DNA of 64,000 nucleotides from a virus: IMG/VR virus record IMGVR_UViG_3300032315_000979, positions 32,001 to 96,000 of that record; one strand, 5' to 3'. Shown piece by piece: positions 58,364 to 64,000 of this stretch (position 1 is its first letter; each line of letters starts with the position of its first letter). The notes under the pieces were generated by a model. It saw only the letters and a program-made list of their open reading frames with translations, ran no database searches and was not told where the DNA came from. The position numbers and the translations under genes were made by a program.

Positions 58364-58675
58364 ATGGCTAGTGACGAGCATAGGATTTGTGCATACGAAG
58401 AGTGCGGAAAAGAATTCTGTGCAAAAGTTTACAATGCCATCTACTGTTCCGCAGAATGTAGAAAGATTGTAACAAATAGAAATTTATTGGCAAGCTATTA
58501 TGAAAAAAAAGCTAATAAAAATAAAAAAAGAACTTGTAAGACAAAAAATTGTAAAACTATTTTATCAAGGTATAATAAAGAAACTATTTGTGAGTCTTGC
58601 AAAAGAGAGCGCTATGTAAAAAGACTTGTCTCTTGGGGCTGGTCAGAAGACAATGTTAGGCGTGGTATGGAATGA
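58364..58675 (+). CDS. Zn-binding hypothetical protein
   Basis: CAYEEC...YCS.EC and C....C...LSRYN....CESC. Confidence 0.65.
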   Translation: MASDEHRICAYEECGKEFCAKVYNAIYCSAECRKIVTNRNLLASYYEKKANKNKKRTCKTKNCKTILSRYNKETICESCKRERYVKRLVSWGWSEDNVRRGME

Positions 58676-59268
58676 GTGTGAGATCACTTGTTTCATCAAT
58701 TAAATCTGAGCGAATTGTTGCTATAGACCCATCCTCGCATTCTCTTGCTTGGGTTATTTATGATGTAACCCTAGACAAGATTGATCTCGTAGCGAATGGT
58801 AAAATTGATTATAGAAAAGATAAAGATGTTTCACTTAAATTCAAAGCTATTGATACTGGCTTGAATGAGATAATTAAGGAGTACAGACCTAAGAATGCGA
58901 TTATTGAACAATCTATTTATGTACAAAATTTTGAAACGAGCAGGATTATCTCGTATGTTATTGGCTACAGTTGGGGAGTACTCAGCGCTGGAGGCTGCCT
59001 GGTCTCGGATGTCAACCCGTTGATGTGGAAGTCTGGTATCGGATATAAAAATCTTTCAAAGAAAGATACTGAAGCATTTAAAAATGATGGTGAGAAGGGT
59101 TCTCTCCAGATTAAGCAAAAGAACGAAAGAAAGAAAAGAGTTCGGAATATCGTAAGTAAATATTTTGATAAGGGCGACATCGGTATTGACGATGATGATA
59201 TTATAGATGCTGCAGGGATTGGTTTATGGTTTGCTTTAAAGAAGATACAGGGGTCTGTTAATGGCTAA
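58672..59268 (+). CDS. ruvC: RuvC-like resolvase
   Basis: VAIDPS..SLAW, IIEQ, V.P..WKS.IG, DDDIIDAAGIG. Confidence 0.8.
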   Translation: MSVRSLVSSIKSERIVAIDPSSHSLAWVIYDVTLDKIDLVANGKIDYRKDKDVSLKFKAIDTGLNEIIKEYRPKNAIIEQSIYVQNFETSRIISYVIGYSWGVLSAGGCLVSDVNPLMWKSGIGYKNLSKKDTEAFKNDGEKGSLQIKQKNERKKRVRNIVSKYFDKGDIGIDDDDIIDAAGIGLWFALKKIQGSVNG

Positions 59269-59557
59269 TGAACCCTATAAAGATAAATCTTTTCTTTATG
59301 AAATGTATGTTCAGAGAAGAATGAACCTTACCGATATCTGTAAGCATTTAAAAGAAAGTTATAACATTGAGGTTACTCCTCAGGCTATTTATAACTGGGT
59401 AAAGAAATACGATTTGCTTAAATTTAGAGGAAAAGGAAGAAGTCTCACAACAGCTGGTCCTAAAAGAGAGAAGTCGGCGGCTCAAGTTGATGCTGAGAAG
59501 CGTAAAAGAGAATTGCGTAAGAGAAGTGAATTGCAAAGAAAAAGGATGGGAAGATGA
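59261..59557 (+). CDS. HTH DNA-binding protein
   Basis: Y.DK.FL...Y......LTDI...VTPQAIYNWVKKY.L. Confidence 0.65.
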   Translation: MANEPYKDKSFLYEMYVQRRMNLTDICKHLKESYNIEVTPQAIYNWVKKYDLLKFRGKGRSLTTAGPKREKSAAQVDAEKRKRELRKRSELQRKRMGR

Positions 59558-60318
59558 GAAGAAGTGTAACAACAAAAGATATTTATACATTTGCAAAGCT
59601 TGATATGGTGTATAACCAAGTAAGAGTTATTGAAGCAAAACAAAATGAAACAAAATACAAGTGCCTCGGCTCTGGTGAGTGTTGCCATATCGGACTTGTT
59701 ATTCATATGACAGAGTGTGCAAATATTGCTTTTAAATTAAGACAGCAATACTATCTTTACTGGGAAGATAAGGGTAAGACTTTTGCTGATGAGTGGATTG
59801 ATGGCGTAGTTGAAGATTTGAAGAAAGCAATGTATGATGAAACCTGGCAGCCTGGTGGTGAGTCAAAAAAATTCTGCGCCTTCTACAAAGGTGGATGTAC
59901 CATCTATGGGTACAGACCAATGGTATGCAGAACATTTGGCACCATCTCAACAGTAGATAATTACTGCCCAAGAATTAGAAATGCTAACGGTTCAATTGAT
60001 TATTTCACTGGTGATACTGTAAAAAAAGTAATTATGCAGTTCCAGGATTTACTCAAAGAGTATACAAATGGAAAAGATCTAGGCTACAACATGACTGTTT
60101 ATATGCCATTAGGTGTACTTAGCTTCATGCTTGAGCCAGAAGAATTGATTGAACTGGAAAAGACAACTGATTCCAAATTCTGGAAAGGTGTTGAAGGCTG
60201 GTTTAATTACAGAGTTCAGTTTACAAAAGAACATGGGTATGACTATGACACTCTCAAGAAAGAAGCTGACGCTGTTAAGGTAGAGCTAAGATTCCCACAA
60301 CACGATCCAGTTGAATAA
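59554..60318 (+). CDS. YkgJ-like Cys-cluster (Zn/Fe-chelating) protein
   Basis: KCLGSGECC...CAFY.GGCTIY..RPMVCRTFG...CP. Confidence 0.75.
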   Translation: MRRSVTTKDIYTFAKLDMVYNQVRVIEAKQNETKYKCLGSGECCHIGLVIHMTECANIAFKLRQQYYLYWEDKGKTFADEWIDGVVEDLKKAMYDETWQPGGESKKFCAFYKGGCTIYGYRPMVCRTFGTISTVDNYCPRIRNANGSIDYFTGDTVKKVIMQFQDLLKEYTNGKDLGYNMTVYMPLGVLSFMLEPEELIELEKTTDSKFWKGVEGWFNYRVQFTKEHGYDYDTLKKEADAVKVELRFPQHDPVE

Positions 60319-61382
60319 TGATTGTATGGTCAGATAATCAAGCTGCATCGGTAAGTGTTGGTTATGGCTATGTTCCAGATAACTTGTACGGTCAAATCTC
60401 AAAGAGCGATTTACCAATAAGAAAGAATAATTCTACTGCTCCGTCAGAAATTCAGACCTTACTTGATGGTTTCTCATTTGGTTATATGACAACCAGAGAG
60501 TCTTATGATGAAATCGTTATCAATCACTCCATGCCAGAATTTTTTATAGAATCAAGCATATACTCAATTGGGCTTACATACTGGGAAACAAATAAGCTAC
60601 CCGATTCATGGGTTGTTGATTGCAATAGGATGGATGAGGTTTGGACTACATCTCGTTTTATGCGTGATGTATTTATAAATTCTGGAGTTACCGTTCCAGT
60701 GTATGCTTTTAACCTCGGTGTTAATCCAGACATATTCTTTCCAGTAAAGCGACATCCGCATACTCCATTTACATTCTTAAGCATTGGCTCTCCCTCAACC
60801 AGAAAGAACTCCCAGACAGCTGTAGACGCTTTTATAAAGGTGTTTGGCGGTAAGGAAGGGTATCGCTTGATATATAAATCAAACGGTCCTCCAGATGCCA
60901 GGAGTATCAGCAATGGTATGAAGGATCGGTTATCTCATCCGCAAATAGAAGTAATTGACTGGGAAGTTAGCACTGAAGATCTAGGTCGCATTTATGATTG
61001 CGCTGACTGCCTATTGTACCCAACCAGTGGTGAAGGGTGGGGTTTGATTCCATTTCAATCTATAGCAAAAGGTATTCCAACCATTTGCACTAACGCAACA
61101 GCGTGTGAAGAGTTTGCGGATATGTCTATTCCTCTTGATTATGAGTGGAGTAATGAAAAGATGAGTGGTATATACGAAGGCGCTGGATTATGGGCAAAGC
61201 CAAATTTTGATGATTTATGTGATAAAATGTTATATGTTGTAAACAACTATGAAGAAGTGTCTAATAAGACATTTGTTTCTGCCCAGTATATTCATGAGAA
61301 TATGACTTGGGAAAAAGTTTCAAAGGACTATGTAGATAGATTATGGCAGATATTGAAGTATTCAAAGGAGAAACTCTCCTAG
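60318..61382 (+). CDS. Glycosyltransferase family 4
   Basis: WET..LP..W, DEVWTTS, RKN, YPTSGEGWGLIPFQSIAKGIPTI, MTW. Confidence 0.9.
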   Translation: MIVWSDNQAASVSVGYGYVPDNLYGQISKSDLPIRKNNSTAPSEIQTLLDGFSFGYMTTRESYDEIVINHSMPEFFIESSIYSIGLTYWETNKLPDSWVVDCNRMDEVWTTSRFMRDVFINSGVTVPVYAFNLGVNPDIFFPVKRHPHTPFTFLSIGSPSTRKNSQTAVDAFIKVFGGKEGYRLIYKSNGPPDARSISNGMKDRLSHPQIEVIDWEVSTEDLGRIYDCADCLLYPTSGEGWGLIPFQSIAKGIPTICTNATACEEFADMSIPLDYEWSNEKMSGIYEGAGLWAKPNFDDLCDKMLYVVNNYEEVSNKTFVSAQYIHENMTWEKVSKDYVDRLWQILKYSKEKLS

Positions 61383-61891
61383 ACGAGTTAAAGAAAGTTG
61401 AAGAAGTTGGTTTGCTCTATGTAAAGGGCTATACTTATTCTGAAATAGCAACCCTTCTTTCATTGCCTATTGATAAAACAAAGAATCATGTAAAAGAATA
61501 CAAGAAGATTCTTAATCGCCAGGCTGAGGATGATCCATACTTTCTTGAGAAGTTGCAATTTAACACAATTAAAGCGCTGCAAGAGTTTGATCAATTAAGC
61601 AAAGAAGCTTGGGAAACAGTTAATATTGCAACCGATCATGGAATGATTCCTGCAAGAATTCAAGCAATTAAGCTTGCGGGTGAATTAGCTACTAAAAAAG
61701 CACAACTGCATAAACTATTAACTGGCAATACGACTGACAACCAGTACATTGCAAGAATGCAGAAGGCAGAGAATGTGAATCAAATTCTATCCAAAGTGCT
61801 GCGTGATGTCATTGGTCTACATCCAGAAATTGCAAATGAGGTTCGTAAGGAATTAGAAATCGCATTTGAAATTATGAATGCGGATGCATAG
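61343..61891 (+). CDS. Probable terminase small subunit (N-terminal HTH, helical)
   Basis: KGYTYSEIA..L HTH. Directly upstream of the large terminase. Confidence 0.55.
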   Translation: MADIEVFKGETLLDELKKVEEVGLLYVKGYTYSEIATLLSLPIDKTKNHVKEYKKILNRQAEDDPYFLEKLQFNTIKALQEFDQLSKEAWETVNIATDHGMIPARIQAIKLAGELATKKAQLHKLLTGNTTDNQYIARMQKAENVNQILSKVLRDVIGLHPEIANEVRKELEIAFEIMNADA

Positions 61892-61902
61892 TGATGACCG
61901 AC

Positions 61903-61958
61903 ACCCCTACCATAAAGGTTTATACAATGAGACCCCTTTTGACCCCTCATAAAGGTTT
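61903..61958 (+). repeat. Short direct repeats between the terminase genes
   Basis: ACCCCT x3 (61903, 61932, 61942) and CATAAAGGTTT x2 (61911, 61948). Confidence 0.6.
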
Positions 61959-62000
61959 TAAAAACTCAGATCAATCAATATCTCAAGGTGGTGATCAATC

Positions 62001-63731
62001 ATGAGCGAATTCATGGGGATGAATCTTGAGCTAAAAGACTTTGATCGTCTTTTGCGCCAAGATGATCTTATAGAAACTCCTGTTGATATTCAAACATTTG
62101 TACAAGATAAAGAATATTTAGGTTTACCTCCGCTTTCTGATATTCAATTGGAAATCGTAAGACATTCTACACAAATTTTTAAAGAGCGTACATTGATTGC
62201 GATTTATGGAGAAGAAGAAGGAAAGAGATGGTATAAAGAATATACAGATAATGAAGTTATTTGTATGCTCGGTAAAGGTTCTGGTAAAGACCATTGCGCA
62301 AGAATATCAATGGCTTATACAGTATATCTAATTCATTGCCTTAGAGATCCGTTAATTTATTACGGTAAGGCTCATGGCGTTTATATTGACTTGCTAAACC
62401 TAGCTGTTAATGCTCAGCAAGCACAAAGAGTATTCTTTGAACCATTTAAAAACTTATTGTTAAGATCTCCTTATTTTAATAGAGTTGGATTTGAACCAAG
62501 AGTATCAGAAATATTTTTCTTTTCACGCCCTGTTAGATGTTTTTCTGGTCACTCTGAATCTGAAGGTTGGGAAGGTTATGAAGTAATGACAATCATTTTG
62601 GATGAAATTGCAGCTTTTAAAACTGATGCGGAATTGCGTGGAGAAACAAGATCAAAAGGATCTGCGTCTGCAATTTATAATATGTCTAAGCTTTCTATTA
62701 TGTCTCGTTTCCCAGAAATAGGTAAAGTAATTCTTTTGTCTTTCCCTCGTTATAAAGGTGACTTTATTCAACAGAGATATATTAATTCTAGAGAAAAGAA
62801 AGAACCAAAAACTTGGTCAATTAAAGCTGCAACATGGGAGGTTAATCCTACGATTAAGCGTGAGCAATTAGAATCGGAATATGTTAGAAATCCTATTGAA
62901 GCTAGAAGTCGTTTTGAATGTGAACCTCCAAACATGGAAGATGCTTACTTTAGAGATCCAGATCTGGTAAGGAAAGCGTTTATGTATGGTGAAGACCCAA
63001 TTGATGAGAATGGTAATTTTAAAAATTGGTTTAATAATACTGATGGTCAAGTTAGATTTATTCATATTGACTTGGCATTAAAGCGAGATAGAGCTGCGCT
63101 TAGTATGGTGCATTGTACTGGATTAAAAGAAGTTAAAACATTAAATGGTGTTGAACAATTGCCAATAGTTAATGTTGATCTTGTTTATTCATGGGAAGCT
63201 TCTGTTAACAAAGAAATTAACTTTGCTTCAATTAGACAAATGATTGTTGATTTGTGTAGGAAATTTGATGTAGCAAAAGTTACATTTGACCGTTGGCAAT
63301 CAATTGAAATGATTCAAAGCTTGAGAGCTCAAGGTATCAATGCTGATTTCCATTCCGTAAAGAAAACGGATTATGATACTTTAATGACTGCCATTTACGA
63401 TACGAGATTGCGTGGTTATTGGAATGAGCTATTAGTTGAGGAAGAACTATTAAAGCTTAAATTATTTGGAAATAATAAAATTGATCACCCAAACTCTGGA
63501 TCAAAAGACTTAGCTGATGCTGTTACTGGTGCAACATTTGTTTGTATTGAAAATATGGCAATTGATGCGGAAGTGGAAATAGAAATCCTCGCTCCAGATA
63601 AGTATTATGAAGATAATGAGGATATGCCTGAATTTGGGACTGTAAGAGTGTATAATGATAATCTTGGGCAATTCGTTCCAGGATATGGTGAAACAAAGGT
63701 GGATGCAGAACAATGGTTGGAAAATCTCTAG
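62001..63731 (+). CDS. terL: Terminase large subunit
   Basis: Walker A LGKGSGKD, Walker B IILDE, LSFPR, nuclease HIDLA...D, FDRWQS, IDHP..GSKDLADAV. Confidence 0.9.
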   Translation: MSEFMGMNLELKDFDRLLRQDDLIETPVDIQTFVQDKEYLGLPPLSDIQLEIVRHSTQIFKERTLIAIYGEEEGKRWYKEYTDNEVICMLGKGSGKDHCARISMAYTVYLIHCLRDPLIYYGKAHGVYIDLLNLAVNAQQAQRVFFEPFKNLLLRSPYFNRVGFEPRVSEIFFFSRPVRCFSGHSESEGWEGYEVMTIILDEIAAFKTDAELRGETRSKGSASAIYNMSKLSIMSRFPEIGKVILLSFPRYKGDFIQQRYINSREKKEPKTWSIKAATWEVNPTIKREQLESEYVRNPIEARSRFECEPPNMEDAYFRDPDLVRKAFMYGEDPIDENGNFKNWFNNTDGQVRFIHIDLALKRDRAALSMVHCTGLKEVKTLNGVEQLPIVNVDLVYSWEASVNKEINFASIRQMIVDLCRKFDVAKVTFDRWQSIEMIQSLRAQGINADFHSVKKTDYDTLMTAIYDTRLRGYWNELLVEEELLKLKLFGNNKIDHPNSGSKDLADAVTGATFVCIENMAIDAEVEIEILAPDKYYEDNEDMPEFGTVRVYNDNLGQFVPGYGETKVDAEQWLENL

Positions 63732-63901
63732 AAAATCTAAAGGTTACTCATGAAGAAGTTATTAACACTATGGCAATGCAAATGGCTGCCATAAACATGG
63801 AGCTTACTGTCGTAAAACTTGAAAATCAAAAGTTAAAAGAATTTTTGAGTGATTATCTTAACTCCTCACCTGTTAATGACAAAGATTTAAATAAGAAATA
63901 A
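63713..63901 (+). CDS. Small coiled-coil hypothetical protein
   Basis: Overlaps the terminase 3' end. Heptad pattern. Confidence 0.5.
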   Translation: MVGKSLENLKVTHEEVINTMAMQMAAINMELTVVKLENQKLKEFLSDYLNSSPVNDKDLNKK

Positions 63902-64000
63902 AAAAAATTATATATTTCTACCCTGAGAACAGGTTTTTGTATCATGTAGCTGATATCGTTACAAACGAAACAAGGGCGGGTAAATCGCCAGTCCTTACAC

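Noticed and set aside
301-63713. Minus-strand and nested alternative-frame ORFs in the track
   Set aside because: They overlap well-supported + strand genes and read as antisense or frame shadows without recognisable motifs.
63951-64000. Possible promoter and structured RNA at the window end
   Set aside because: Only a short imperfect hairpin is visible before truncation, too little to call a tRNA or ncRNA.
1-64000. Stop codon reassignment
   Set aside because: The standard code gives dense, full-length genes, and TAA, TAG and TGA all end genes at expected boundaries.

Overview
This 64 kb window is an AT-rich fragment of a large long-tailed (siphovirus-like) dsDNA phage. Essentially all real genes are on the + strand. 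An actinobacterial host is inferred from a WhiB-like gene, leaderless-type promoters, and a DnaB/primase/DnaE/RecA/Cas4/RuvC/terminase block reminiscent of large actinophages. Gene order: 3' end of the major capsid gene; first fibre module; a cluster of 2OG-Fe(II) oxygenases plus a flavin-dependent halogenase; a secreted mucin-like membrane protein; lysis genes; second fibre/adhesin module; head-tail and tail genes with a -1 frameshifted chaperone; a 3676-aa tape measure protein; tail tip; HNH; replication/recombination genes interleaved with three glycosyltransferases and a cytidylyltransferase; terminase. Four observations stand out. (1) An ungapped 47-aa domain is shared by the small protein next to the capsid gene and the C-terminus of a GT4 glycosyltransferase 55 kb away, suggesting a virion-targeted glycosylation system. 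(2) About 1800 aa of cargo, including a DUF3626-like domain, lies between duplicated motifs in the tape measure protein. (3) A halogenase/oxygenase tailoring cluster follows a Cys-rich fibre tip gene. (4) The fibre genes show matching C-terminal and N-terminal motifs that may act as a docking code. No tRNA, rRNA or CRISPR array was recognised. All family assignments come from motif recognition by eye, not database searches.
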